From positions 289,044,001 through 289,108,000 of the forward strand of contig OZ024741.1 of the NCBI GenBank assembly GCA_964016885.1: a stretch of DNA of 64,000 nt, given 5' to 3'. Origin of the DNA: Eledone cirrhosa (taxonomy: Eukaryota). Both the position numbers and the translations under genes were made by a program. Shown in pieces: positions 1 through 12,470 of the stretch. Within the stretch, counting starts at the first letter, position 1. Each line of letters starts with the position of its first letter. The notes under the pieces are model-generated. The model was not told the origin of the DNA. It saw nothing but the letters and a program-made list of their open reading frames with translations, and made no database searches.

Positions 1-214
1 TTAAAATAGACAAAGTTGGTGAAGAACACATTTAACTATTTCAGCGCCAGATCAGTAAGTACTGTACCCACTTGAACTGTTTCTATTAACAAAAACGCCA
101 CTTTGGGTGCTGTTATAACTCTAACATAGCAACAAAAAAAAACTGATCGTCGTTATTTTTTTTCTTCTGTTTTTGAAACGAAGTTAACGTAACCTTTATA
201 TTACATTGAGTAAC

Positions 215-380
215 AAAGTGGTGGAATGGCAATCATTAAATCGTTGGATCGAATATATCGTGTTTGTTTCGGCTCTCCGCGACTCGGTTCAAATTCCGCC
301 GAGGTCAACTAATCCTCTCAATCTTTTGAGGTCGGTAAAATAAGACACCAGTCATATACTGGAGTAGATTTAGTTGTTTT
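215..380 (+). mobile_element. Degenerate tRNA-like SINE copy
   Basis: B-box-like GGTTCAAATTCC followed by gccgaggtcaact...ggtcggtaaaataag; similar to the copy at 536-727. Confidence 0.55.
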
Positions 381-535
381 CCTTACTTCCAATTTTCAGG
401 CCTAGTGACTAGTCTAGAAACATTTCATTCGGTAACATGGCATTCAGCTGAATTTATTGACGAAAAAACACTATAGCAAAAGAATAGACTAGTAAAAGTA
501 AATATATGCCAGTCTCATATTTAGAGGGCATTAAA

Positions 536-727
536 GAGCGGTGGATTGGCAGTATTGGTAGAGGGTCGGACGCCATGCTTTGACGCATAGAGTTACGGCC
601 CTTGCCATTCTGAGTTCAAATCCCGCCAAGGTTAACTTTGCCTTTCATCCTTACGGGGTCGATAAAATAAAGTACCAGAAATACACTGGGTAATTGCTGG
701 CCTTGTGCCTAACGTAGAAACAATTAA
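536..727 (+). mobile_element. tRNA-derived SINE (octopus-type)
   Basis: B-box GAGTTCAAATCCC, conserved core gttaactttgcctttcatcc...ggggtcgataaaataaagtaccag, tail ctggccttgtgcc...gaaacaatta. Repeated several times in the window. Confidence 0.7.
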
Positions 728-828
728 TTATTTAAATAATTTCCCTCCGATTTCAATAATTTTAATTTTAATTTCATATTCCTTATTCATAAACTGGCAG
801 AATCACTTCATTTTCAATATCTATTTAA

Positions 829-3395
829 CCCTTTAGCGTTCAAAGCGACAAAAACCGACAAAATTATGTCCCCTTTCATTTATTCAAACCGACAAAAACC
901 GACATTTCAGACCACTCGTAGATATCCTTCTAAAAATAAACATTGACATCATCAAAATCTCGTCAATTCGAGATTACAGCGAGATAAAGCCCTTACGCGC
1001 GAAAATTAACTCTTAGTATAGTTAAAGACCTTGTGATAACACGTGTTTTTAACTTTGAAATTGTAACATGGCTTCCGAAAGCAGCGACAACGATTTTGAA
1101 GGTTTCACATCCTACGACATTCAAGATAACAAAGAAACAGAAGATAATATCAGTGATTTATCTTCAAATGAATCAGATATATTTATTTCAGATATATCTG
1201 ATGATGATGATAGTCACTTTGAAAGTGAAAGCGAAGAGATATCTGACACCATTGAAAAAACACCAACGTGGTTGAAAAAAACAACACCGATACATGTTTC
1301 GGATTTTAATGAAAATTCTGGACCACAACACACATTACCACCCGATGCTAAAGCTCTGGATTATTTTTTTTTATTTCTACCACAAACTTTCTTCGAAGTT
1401 GTGGCAGAGGAGACAAATCGCTATGCACAACAACAGATTTCTAATCGAGGAAAACCCGATCTGTTATGGCGTCCGACAGATTCTGCCGAAATGAAAGCGT
1501 TTTTTACCATAAACATTATGTTTGGTATTAAACAATTTCCACGACTGTGGAATTATTGGAGTACTGATATAAGGTTTGGTGACCCTTATATATCTAGTAT
1601 TATGGCCAAAACGAGATTTATAAAATTAAACCAGTATTTGCATCTGGTTGATACTACAAATGCCCCTGGTAGAAATGAATCGAATTACGACCCACTGTAC
1701 AAAGTACGACCATTAATTGAAATGTTGACGGAAAAATTTAAAAGTATGTATTTACCTGGAAAAAATCTTAGTGTTGATGAAGCTATGATTGGATATAAGG
1801 GTAGGGTTCATTTCAGACAGTATATGCCAGCTAAACCCACCAAATGGGGCATCAAAGTGTGGGAACTGTGTGAATCGGACACGGGATACTGTGTAAACTT
1901 TGATGTTTACACAGGAAAAAAACTTAACGGAGAGAGAAAGCACGGGTTGGGTTACGATGTTGTGTGGTCGCTGACTCAACCCTTCCACTTTCAACACAGA
2001 CACATTTATTATGACCGTTTTTTTTCTTCGGTGCTTTTAGCAGAGGATCTTGCCCTTGTAAATACGTACACCTGCGGCACAATAATGAGCAATCGGAAAG
2101 GACTACCCCAAGAAATAAAAGTTGCAAAACTAAAAAACAGAGGAGACATTCTCCAAATGCAAAAAGAGAACATGTTAGCCACAGTGTTCAAAGACAAACG
2201 GCAAATTTTGTTCCTGAGTTCTAACCAACAACCAGGTGTTGGGGCTGAGGGTAGACCTTTAGTTAACCTCTCCTATAATAAATATATGGGTGGGGTTGAC
2301 AAATCCGACCAATATTGCGCGTATTACCCAGTTGGACGCCCTGGAAAGAAATGGTGGAGATACATCTTGTGGTTTTTAGTGAATTTAACCATTGTAAATT
2401 CTTATATTGTATTTACTAAAAGCCACAAGGATCCGCCACCACCAAAGGACTACTGCCACATGAAATTTCGCGTGGACATTGCATCCCAGCTACGTGGGGG
2501 ATATACTTCTCGCAAACACAAAGCTGGGAAAAAATCAAAATTAGCAGTGGTCCACAAAGAAAATATTGATTTTCATAAAGTGGAGAGAATTGATGGTAGG
2601 AGGAAGGTTTGCCGATTGTGCTCTTTGCAAAAGAGAAAAACTGTTAAAGGTTACGCAATCCAAACCCTATTTATGTGTTCCTTTTGCAAAGTGCCCTTAT
2701 GTAAAGGGTGCTTTGGGCAGTATCACGATCGAAATATTGTCTAACAATATTGAAAACACTATTTTAAAAATATATTAGCACACATATACAAAAACACCTG
2801 CATTCACCTGTGACACACCTGCATCACACCTGTTAATGAACTTATATATTGGGAACATTCTGTTACGTAATTTTACACCGTACATTGTGTAAGAGTACAT
2901 TGCCAATATTATTTTGACTGGTGAAAAGGTTTTATACATTTTTTTCAATGAAAATATTTGCCTGGAATGTAGAGAAAGACTAAAACATTGTACTGATTAC
3001 ACCTGCATTTTTAATTAATTCACCTGTTCGGAAAACTGCTAGAATTGATGGAAATCAGCATCTAGATCATTATTGGATTTTTTTGCAACAAATCTAACAG
3101 GTAAGGCAGATAAAGTTTAAATTTTTGTGTTTATCCATAAAGTTATTACTTTTACACCTGTTAATTAATTTTACCTGCCCATAAAAGTCAAATTTAACAA
3201 AAAAAAATCAGGTAAAATTATATAATTGTAAATTATAGTTCTTTAAACGTCTACTGACAAAATTTCAAGTCTGCACATAGAAAATTAAAGTAATTAGAAA
3301 CAAATAAAATTGATAACCCTCTTGAGTATAATTAAGTGAAAATAATGCGAATAGATGAACATGACATTTGACAATTCAATGTGAATGCTAAAGGG
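829..3395 (+). mobile_element. Full-length piggyBac DNA transposon
   Basis: TTAA at 825-828 and 3396-3399. TIRs CCCTTTAGCGTTCA (829-842) and TGAATGCTAAAGGG (3382-3395) match at 13/14. Subterminal repeats (ccgacaaaaaccgaca at the left, CACCTG clusters at the right). Encloses the transposase ORF. Confidence 0.95.
1068..2744 (+). CDS. piggyBac transposase (DDD catalytic domain + C-terminal Cys-rich domain), 558 aa
   Basis: Uninterrupted ORF with acidic N-terminus, motifs LSVDEAM, QYMPAKPTKWGIK, YYDRFF, YNKYMGGVDKSDQ and C-terminal CxxC...CxxC...LCxxCF...H. Confidence 0.95.
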   Translation: MASESSDNDFEGFTSYDIQDNKETEDNISDLSSNESDIFISDISDDDDSHFESESEEISDTIEKTPTWLKKTTPIHVSDFNENSGPQHTLPPDAKALDYFFLFLPQTFFEVVAEETNRYAQQQISNRGKPDLLWRPTDSAEMKAFFTINIMFGIKQFPRLWNYWSTDIRFGDPYISSIMAKTRFIKLNQYLHLVDTTNAPGRNESNYDPLYKVRPLIEMLTEKFKSMYLPGKNLSVDEAMIGYKGRVHFRQYMPAKPTKWGIKVWELCESDTGYCVNFDVYTGKKLNGERKHGLGYDVVWSLTQPFHFQHRHIYYDRFFSSVLLAEDLALVNTYTCGTIMSNRKGLPQEIKVAKLKNRGDILQMQKENMLATVFKDKRQILFLSSNQQPGVGAEGRPLVNLSYNKYMGGVDKSDQYCAYYPVGRPGKKWWRYILWFLVNLTIVNSYIVFTKSHKDPPPPKDYCHMKFRVDIASQLRGGYTSRKHKAGKKSKLAVVHKENIDFHKVERIDGRRKVCRLCSLQKRKTVKGYAIQTLFMCSFCKVPLCKGCFGQYHDRNIV

Positions 3396-3504
3396 TTAAA
3401 CAATCGAAAGATCATCAGACCTGCCAACCTCTAACTCCCCAAACGGGGAGAAATGAGACAAAACGAGGAAACATACTCATTTTCAGAATAGAAGGCATCG
3501 CTAT

Positions 3505-3640
3505 TATAGTGACCCCAGTATGTTACTGGTGCTTTATTTTATCAATCTCAAAAGGATGAGAGGCAAAGCTAACCTCGGCGGGAATTGAAATCAGAACGCA
3601 ATTCTATGCTACAAAGCATAGTGTCCGACGCTCTACCGCT
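3505..3640 (-). mobile_element. tRNA-like SINE copy
   Basis: Reverse complement of the SINE core (aaggatgagaggcaaagctaacctcggcggg). Confidence 0.6.
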
Positions 3641-3969
3641 CTTTTGACAGAAGTCTTCATTAATATTGAATTTGATTTATAAGTGTATAGGGCTTTTAAT
3701 TTCTGTTCGATTTTTTTTTTTTTTTTTTTCTTTTCCAAAATAACATCAGAAGCACATTTATTTAAAAATTCATTCTGTAATTAGTAAAATATATACATTT
3801 CTATCCGCAGAAATTTGATTGCAGCTTTTAGTTTCCACTTATTTTGAAAATGATATTTATTCGCTATAAAAATTAAATGATAGTATTCTATATGAAGGTG
3901 GACCCCCCCCCCCCCCCCCCTCTCTTCTGGCAACCAATGTTTAGACCCAGTCCGCCACTATCTCTACCT

Positions 3970-4432
3970 GTGGCTTTCGGCATCATCTGACAGCACAACG
4001 GCAAATAAATATATTCTCTTTTTTCTTTGTCTAATCCGATTCAAATTATTTGGCAAAACATTTACCACGCTGCTTCATCACTTCTAACACATTCTCAAAT
4101 ACACTAGACTCTATCCATATCTACATTGATGATTTTACGCTTGGATTATCTGATTACCCAAAAGTCAAATATTCGCGACATTAACTCCATGATGCTGGGA
4201 AGCAACATGTGCTGTTATGATGGAATACATCCTAGAAGGGGAAATATAACCTCAAATAATTGCTAGGAACCTCACAAATTTAATACACTGAAACAAAACA
4301 AAACAAAACCGACCACCAATTCACTGCCAAATAATTTGAATCGGATTAGACAGAGAAAGAAAAGACCAAAAAATAAAAAAAAAAGGAATATATTTATTTG
4401 CCGTTGTGCTGCCAAATGATGCCGAAAGCCAC
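3970..4432. repeat. Inverted repeat pair (arms 3970-4055 and 4325-4432)
   Basis: gtggctttcggcatcat...aaattatttggca is mirrored by tgccaaataatttgaatcgg...atgatgccgaaagccac. Confidence 0.8.
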
Positions 4433-4599
4433 TTCCCGTCAAGAAGGCGACAGCAACAGGATAACATTGCCCCCCCCCCCCCTCCATCTTCGGTAAAAGA
4501 AGGCACTCGAGTCTCAGCATACTGCCTGGCAGCCCGACCTGGTAGGAGTTTCATCTACCACCATTAACAAGGGGAAGGCAACAACTGACATTAACATAA

Positions 4600-5181
4600 C
4601 CCGATATGTAGATGACATACTCATCCTTGCATCATCCCGTGAAGAAGCGAATAAAATATACATGGCATTCTCCAGCATGGACGCCAATATTAAGTTCAGC
4701 ATGAAACATCCCGCTGAGCGGGGATCCATATCCCTATAGACTTCCAACTCAGGGCAACAGAGGACGGCGACATCTACACCTGCTTCTATAAAAAAAGCCG
4801 CCAGCAGGGACCTGTTCGTCCATTTCAGGTCGGCCCTCCCACATGGTGCCGATTTCGGAGACATAAGGAACGAACTGACACGTATCCGGAACAAGTGCAC
4901 TGACGCAAGAGACCGAGACACACACACCACATACTTCCTGGAAGTACTTAAACTAAATGGATACCCGACGTCAACCGTGCCAGAAACGACAGAAGACCCC
5001 ACGCACGAAGCACTCACTAACACCTGCTTCCTCAGTGGTGAAACTACAACAGCCATCCGCGGGGCCATCAGACGAGAGGGACTAGATATCAGCTAGCCCA
5101 CTCAGGTCCTTCTCTACGCGGACAGCTAGCCAAGAGACACTCCACCAGACAAGACAGCCGCTGCACGCTGGCCAACTGCCC
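4600..5181 (+). pseudogene. PLE RT fragment, same family as 26736-27980
   Basis: Begins at the RYVDD motif; close similarity to 27203-27805 with indels. Confidence 0.85.
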
Positions 5182-5185
5182 CGAA

Positions 5186-5270
5186 GCGCAGTAAATCGCT
5201 TCGACTTCCGCTGCCGTTCCAAACGGCATAACATCACACGGGGCGAACTCCTCGCCCTCCGCTCCATCCT
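5186..5270 (+). pseudogene. Short fragment of the C-rich PLE family
   Basis: Matches 10705-10785 (gcgcagtaaatcg...ctccgctcc). Confidence 0.75.
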
Positions 5271-5289
5271 TCCAAGCCACTTTTTTCAC

Positions 5290-5485
5290 ATAAAACGGGA
5301 AGAATTTCCAAAGCTGATCAGATTAGAACAAAAATCACGAGCACTCTATCTCAAAAGTTTTATTTTGAAAAGCATAAATGCGCAACCGGTAAAAGCTGAA
5401 TACTAACCAATACTTATTACTAATTTATACGTATTCCTAATTAAACCATTTTTCACTGGGAAAAATATGTCAGCATTTTCTTTTC
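5290..5485 (+). repeat. PLE terminal (pLTR-like) repeat with degenerate hammerhead motif
   Basis: Homologous to 44205-44420; contains TTGAAAA-GCAT-AA-ATGC-GCAACCGGTA. Confidence 0.55.
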
Positions 5486-6289
5486 CTTTTTACTAATATA
5501 TCACAACTCGCGTGTCACACCTCTATTTTATATCTTTACCCTTTCTAACAGTCACTCTCTCTGTTAGCCTCTTCCTCACCCTTCACTCACTCACTCTCTC
5601 TCTGCTACTACCTCTCCTACTTCCTCCCGTTTGACCTGTGCGTAATTCTTTTCTCGCGCACGCTTGACCAGGCTGGTTGTTCCTTTTTTCTCTCTCGTCT
5701 ACGATTTCACAGAACTTATGTTTACCGAATTCAAGGATTAGACCCCCCCCCCCCCCGTTTTACCTGTGCGGAATTCCTTCCTTGCTCACATTTCGACTAG
5801 GTTTGATGGTCTTTATTCTCTCTCGTTCACGATTTCACCGAACTTATATTCATGGAAATCTGGGACTTGACTCTTTCTTCCTCATTTTTCGTTGCTTTAC
5901 CATCTTTGTTTGTTTGCACTCTCGCTGTCCCCTTTATTTACGTGTCCCAACGACTTTCTTTAGCCGTTGCTCACACCAACCGGAGGTATATGGTCTTTAA
6001 AGCGATGAAATACCAATGAAGGTTGGAAGATCACTGATGAAGGACTAACTTTATATATATATATATATATATAGATATATGTTGTCTAACCTGATTAGTT
6101 TTTTCGTCGTTTTGATATTGTATGGCTGGGTTTTGCCTGCCGCAATTTTCAATTTCTCAAGCTATCTAAACGTAATGTTATTATTCTGAGGTCCTACCCT
6201 TATTGAGTGCTTTACTACTCATTCCTTATTGTAGGTCGACTTTGCTTGGCCGCAGCCAAAGCTTCGATTTTACTAAGCTTCCACACACA

Positions 6290-7190
6290 CATCAAACCCG
6301 CGGACAAGGGAGGATCCGTGGTGGTGTGGCGCCTCTACACGGCTGAAGCCCTCGGGCTGCTCCGTAACCCCCTCTTCTACCGCCCTCTACCCTCAGACCC
6401 CACACCCTTCTACCAATAACAAGTTTCCTCCACCATCCAACACCTTGTCTCCTCCTCCCTCCTCCCCCACCGCTTCCCACCTCATCATCCGCACCCCCAC
6501 TATCTACTTCCTCCCCCAAACTCCACAAACCCGACCGCCCCATCGTCTCCGCTTTCAAATTCCCCACCGAACTCATCTCCGCCTTTCTTGACTTCATCCT
6601 CCCCCCCCTCGTCACCACCCTCCCCTCCCACATCTCCGACACCAACCACCCACTTCGCCTATTCGACTCCTTCACCTTTCCACCCAGCCCTTCCTCTTCA
6701 CCCTAGATATCAAGTCGCTTTATACTGTCATCCCACACGCCGACGGCGTACGTGCCCTCAATCACTACTTCGATCTTCGCCGCTCCCCTCCTTCGCCTCT
6801 CCGTGCTGGTCCTCACCCTCAACGGTTTCTCCTCGGGTGAGTTTTACCAACAGGTCAAGTATGGGCCCAAACTATGGCAACCTTTTTACTGGTCATGTTG
6901 AGGCCCAAATATTTCCCCAGTACACCGGCCCCACGCCCGAACTGTACGGTCGTTACATCGACGACTGTAAAGGAGTCACGACCCTCACCTCACCCGAGAA
7001 CAGCTCGACTCCTTTCTCTGCTCCTTCCAGCCCTCCCTCCACTTCACCACCTCTCTATCTCCACCACCCACGTCCACTTTTTAGACATCTCCGTCGCCAT
7101 CGACCCCTCCCACCACTCCCGCGTCACCTCCGCCTTCTTCAAACCCACCGAATCCCACCTCGACTTCACTAAACACTATTCCCTACTCCG
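6290..7190 (+). pseudogene. C-rich PLE RT fragment (Neptune-like)
   Basis: IKPADKGG, LDIKSLY, MGPNY, YGRYIDD, FLDI and FFKPT motifs in shifted frames; similar to 10810-11740. Confidence 0.85.
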
Positions 7191-7204
7191 CGACGTTATC
7201 TAGC

Positions 7205-8160
7205 CTTAACTTCTACAAGGCTAACTGGAAAAAGATCAAGAGAGAAATCCGTAAGCAAATATGGAGCGAAAACACCGCCACACAAGACACTAACACACCT
7301 AATTTCAACACTTCATGTCAACGATACACACTATATGCAAACATTTTGTCCAGGAGAAAGACATAAACATCTTATTCCCAGAGATAGGAAAATTCTTATG
7401 AGACGAAGAACGAAGCTCTCAAACCAGCTGAATGCACAACAAGAAAACAAAAACAAGAAGGGATTCTATTTTAAACGTGCACTACTTGACATCGAGATTG
7501 CACCCAAACTTTCCCATGAAAATGAGATGACAAAGAAAGAAAGCAGGGCCATAGAAAAAATTAAAACACACCCTAAAGCCTTCTTTAAGTTTGAAAAAGA
7601 AACTGCCCCGGTACACTGCAAGATTGGGCCACTCTTCCATACAGACGGTTCATTAACGGAGAATCCCCAAGAGATATATGTGAAATACTGAACGAACAGT
7701 ACAAAAGTGTGTTCACATGTCCACTGAGGCACATGCAAATAACAAAGCCAGACGAGTTCTTTGATGCCACAACACTACATGAAGAAATGGCGACCATCAA
7801 CCGCATAGACATAACGCCATAGTTGAAATTAGAACAGACTCAGCTGCTGGACCTGATGGATTCCCAACAGTCCTCTTAAAAACATGTAAGCGGGCCTTAG
7901 CAACTCCACTGAAGATGCTCTTCAGAAGCTCCTTGGCTAGTGGTATACTACCCAGGGAGCTGAAAGAAGGCACAATATGCACAAGGTAGCAGAGCGGAGG
8001 CCAAAAACTATAGGCCAGTCTTCCTGACGTCGCATATCAGTAAGGTCATGGAGCTAGTCATCAGAAAGAAACTGATCACTTTCCTCGAGGAAAATGACCG
8101 CCCGACTAGCACGCAGCATGACTTCATCACTACGACTGGGTACTGAAACAACTGCTAGAC
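7205..8160 (+). pseudogene. Non-LTR LINE ORF2 remnant (CR1/Jockey group)
   Basis: NFYKANW, AIEKIKTHPKAFF, SAAGPDGFP, NYRPV segments with stops and frameshifts. Confidence 0.75.
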
Positions 8161-8164
8161 AGAT

Positions 8165-8570
8165 AACTTGCTTTCACATACACACACACACACCACCTTC
8201 AGCCCTCCCCGCTCAGACACCCCGTCTCCCTCTCCCCACTCCACCCACCACCACCCCTACACCCTTCCACCACCCCTACACGCCCCGCACCCTTCCACCA
8301 CCTGTTTTACCCCATTTTAATTTTATTTTGATCATGCCTTTATTTTTAATTTCATTTGCACCATTTCCTTTCACCCCCTTTTTGCTATATGTCTCTCCAC
8401 TCCCCTACACACCCTTTGAACTCTCTTCCCACACACTTTTCACCTGAAGAAGGGATTATGCCCGAAACGTCGTTCCCCACCACCACCCCACTCTCAAGAG
8501 CGTGAAATTAATAAACATTTGTTTGTACTGCCTCTCTGTTTTGTTCCCGTTCAATTTTTCATTATATAGG
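8165..8570 (+). repeat. 3' UTR/pLTR of the C-rich PLE family with hammerhead-like core (8444-8471)
   Basis: Reverse complement of ~34290-34640; CTGAAGA-A-GGG...CCC-GAAACGTC. Confidence 0.75.
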
Positions 8571-8930
8571 ACACTGAAGGACAAACATTTACATTTAAAG
8601 ATGACCAAACATTTACAGTAAAAAAACAATTTCACCTGCAACTCGGAGAACTTGATTTACGCAATAACTTGCGGTGGGTGCAAACACAACTACATAGGAC
8701 AGACGGGCACCTCATTACGCAAAAGAATGACCATCCACCGCCAACAAATCCGGGACGCTAACACAAGAAAAATCCCCTTGAGCAGCCATATTGCGAACTG
8801 CGCAGGAATGACACTACCCAACTTTAAAACCTTCCCCTTCTACAAGTGCTCAGATTCGTTCACAGCAACAAAGAAAATCTATTCCTTAACAAATTTAAAC
8901 CAAAACTAAACGGGTTATCACCCCAATAGA
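8570..8930 (+). pseudogene. PLE GIY-YIG endonuclease fragment
   Basis: FTCNSENLIYAITCGGCKHNYIGQT...RKRMTIH; related to 37800-38084 and 42760-43081. Confidence 0.85.
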
Positions 8931-9425
8931 ATTGTCATAAAATATAAACACACATACGCACGGAGTGACAGATATGTGTGCATGTATATAATTATCACTA
9001 CTATTAAAGACCAGAGACCAATTCTGTAGAATCAGGTTTATTCGTTGACAGACCATGCCTTTGTGTGATCAACACATCCATGTTAAACCCTGCACGTGCA
9101 CACACGTATATCTATATATATATATATATATGCGCACACAGAATTCACCACTATCGGTTGCGGGGCCCAATCTACATGAAGAACTCAATGTGATCAGAAT
9201 GACTTGTATTTTAATTTCACTGTTCTAACTTCTTATATTATGGAAAAAATATGTATATATATATATTTGGAGGCCATTTCTCTATGTGTTGGTATGTGTG
9301 TGTCTGGATGTATGTGTATGTATATTATGTGTGTGTGTATATATATGTGTGTGTGTGTGTGTGTATGTATATGGGTGTGTGTGTGTATGTATATGTATGT
9401 GTGTGTGTATGTATGTGTATATATA

Positions 9426-9461
<36 letters not shown>

Positions 9462-9810
9462 TGTATGTATGTGTGTGGATGAGGGTATGTGTATATATAG
9501 GTGTAAGTGCACTAAATCCCTTTTGATCACTCTCCCCTCTCCTACCGACCACATGGAGATATATGTATGTATATTGCTCCCACCCCCTCACTGACCAGCA
9601 TCTGGCCATCTGGCCATTGCTAAATCTGACCTTTAAAAAAACCACTCCCCACAAATAATTCCTCATTCACTACCAGAAAGGGACACACAGCAGACAACTT
9701 GCTGCTACCAAGATGAAAACTACTATGAAATCCCACACTGAATTTTATACTTGAATTTTCAAATCTCAAATTGTAACTCTTCTTATTATTAATTTTTCTT
9801 AATATTAATC

Positions 9811-9858
9811 AACATTTGAAAAGATGGCTTTTGCAGGCCCATCGAAACCGGTAATTTT
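9811..9858 (+). ncRNA. Hammerhead ribozyme motif, U3-A8 variant
   Basis: TTGAAAA, stem II GATGG/CCATC, GAAA, palindromic stem III ACCGGT, GUA site; stem I weak (AACAT/ATTTT). Confidence 0.55.
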
Positions 9859-9955
9859 TTATACCCTTTATTCTTTCCTTACCTTATAAAATTATGTTTT
9901 TTCACAAAAAAGTATTCTGTCTATTATATATTCCATGTGCCATTACCAACCTCAA

Positions 9956-10058
<103 letters not shown>

Positions 10059-10329
10059 GTGTGACAAAAAGCTTTGTTTCCCAACCACATATTTCCGGGT
10101 TCAGTCCCACTGCCCGGACCGGCCAAAGCCCTGCGAGTGGGTTTGATAGCTCGAAACTAAAAAAAGCCCGTCGTATATATGTCTGTGTGTCTTTGCCCTC
10201 CCACCAATGCTTGTTGGTTTGTTGACGACCCCATAACATACCAAGGTGACGCTCCAGCATGGCGTGTAGTCCAGAGACAGAAGAAAAAGTAAAATATGTC
10301 CGTATGTGTGTGTGTAGAAGGGGGCTCTC

Positions 10330-12470
10330 AAACTCAAGGACACAAAACCTCAACCACAACCTCTTCTCGTTCCTCAGCTCCACCAAAGCCCGCAAGCTAC
10401 CCCCCCCCCCCCCCCACCCCACACCCAAACCCCACCCCTTGACCTCCCCCTCTCCGCACCTGAGCGCTCACTCCTTAGTAGAGGCCTTCGCTTCATACCC
10501 CACACTCCGCACAGCGACGAGTTCCGCACCCGAACGGAAGTCGAGCGATTCGTGCGACGCACTAAGCTACAGGCACATTTCGGCTGAACGCCACCGGCTC
10601 CGGACGCCCCAGACCCGTTTCTCGCCCTGGGCCGACGACCATCTTCTTGGACGCCGGCCCCAGGGCAATTTAGCACCCTGAACGCCTTCGTCGATGCCAG
10701 CCGTAGCGCAGTAAATCGTTTCGACTTCCGCCGCCGTTCCAAACGGTACAATATCTCACGGGGCGAACTCCTCGCTCTCCGCTCCCTCCGTAGCCGAGAA
10801 GACATCGTCATCAAACCGGCGGACAAGGGAGGCGCCGTAGTGGTGTGGTGCGCGGACCTCTACACGGCCGAAGCCCTCAGGCAGCTCTGTAACCCCCTCA
10901 TCCCTCCCATCCCACCCCCCTCTACCAACAACAAGTCTCCTCCACCATCAAAGACCTTATCGCGTCCTCCCTCCTCCTCTCCACCGCTTCCCACCTCATC
11001 GTCCGTACCCCCGCCATCTACTTCCTCCCCAAACTCCACAAACCCGACAACCCTGGCCGCCCCATCGTCTCCGCTTGCAACTGCCCCACCGAACTCATCT
11101 CCACCTTTCTCGACTCCCTCCTCGCCCCCCCCCCCCCCTTGTCACCACTCTCCCCTCCCACATCTCCGACACCAACCACGCCCTGCGCCTTTTCGACTCC
11201 TTCACCTACCCACCCGGCCCACAGCCCTTCCTCTTCACCCTAGACATCAAGTCCCTCTATACAGTCATCCCCCACGCCCTCACACTACCTCGACCTTCGC
11301 CCCTCCCCCATTCCCTCCACCCCCACCCTCCTTCGCCGAGCTGGTCCTCACCCTGAATTGTTTCTCCTTCTCGGGTGAGTTTTACCAACAGGTCACCAAC
11401 AGCCCGAACTATGCCAACCTTTTTGTTGGCCATGTTGAGGCCCAAATCTTTGCCCAGTACACCGGCCCCACGCCCGAACTGTACGGTCGTTACATTGACG
11501 ACTGTATCGGAGCCACGATCCTCACCCGAGAACAGCTCGACTCCTTTCTCTCCTTCTTCTGCTCCTTCCACCCCTCCCTCCACTTCACCACCCACGTCCA
11601 CTTCTTAGACATCTCCGTCGCCTTCGACCCCTCCCACCACTCACTCGTCACCTCCGCCTTCTTCAAACCCACCGACTCCCACTCTTACCTCGACTTCACC
11701 TCTTCCCACCCCACCCACACTAAACACTCCATTCCCTACTCCCAACTTCTCAGGATCCGCCGCCTCTGTAGCCGTGATGCTGACTTTGAGTCCCAGGCCC
11801 TTTCCCTAGTCAGCCATTTCATCCGCAGAGGTTACCCCCCACCTTTCACCTGCGCCGTCCCCCGCTCCACCACCCTCACCCCACGCCACCGCACACCCAC
11901 CGTCTCCCCTTCCCCATCACCTACCACCCCTCCACCGGACCATCCGCCGCCTCCAGTCCGACCCCTCCACCTCCCACATCTTCCCAACCCCACCACTCCC
12001 CTCCTTCAAACGCGCACGCAATCTCCCCATCCTCCTCGTCCACAGCTCCCTACCCTCCAACGCACGCTCTGTTCCCCCCCCCCGGTTCTTTTCCCTGTTC
12101 TAGGCCCCGCTGCAACACCTGTCCCCACATCACCAACACCACCACCTTCCAGGGTCCCAACGGCCACTCTCTCTAGGTCCGGCATGCCTTCCGCTGTACC
12201 TCCTCTTATGTCGGACAGACTGGACGTCGCCTGGCGGACCGAGTCACGGAGCACCTCCGGGATATTCGTCTCGGGGGCAGTTCCCCCATCGCCCGCCACT
12301 TTGGTGGCCCTGGACATTCCGCACGCCATCTCACAGTCTGTGGCCTACTCCAGTGCCACGGAACACCCGCCAATCGCCTTACGGTCGAACAACGAACTAT
12401 CATCTTACAGACCCACACTCCCCCGGCCTGAACTCCCCACCCTTATTCCTTTAGCCTTCGGCCGCCCCCC
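10330..12470 (+). pseudogene. C-rich PLE (Neptune-like), RT through GIY-YIG, frameshifted
   Basis: IKPADKGG, NCPTELIS, LDIKSLY, YGRYIDD, FFKPTDSHSYLDFTSSHP, IPYSQLLRIRRLCS, then CSRPRCNTC linker remnants. The 574-aa ORF is a frameshift mosaic. Confidence 0.9.

Noticed and set aside
536-727. tRNA gene suggested by the B-box
   Set aside because: No cloverleaf; multiple diverged copies with a common tail indicate a SINE.
1068-2744. Domesticated PGBD host gene
   Set aside because: Intact TIRs, TTAA duplication and decayed paralogues nearby indicate a mobile element.
5965-6052. Repeat with CTGATGA (also ~26065 and ~44604) as a hammerhead
   Set aside because: No downstream stem II/GAAA, and the upstream GAAA does not give a convincing stem III in a permuted fold.
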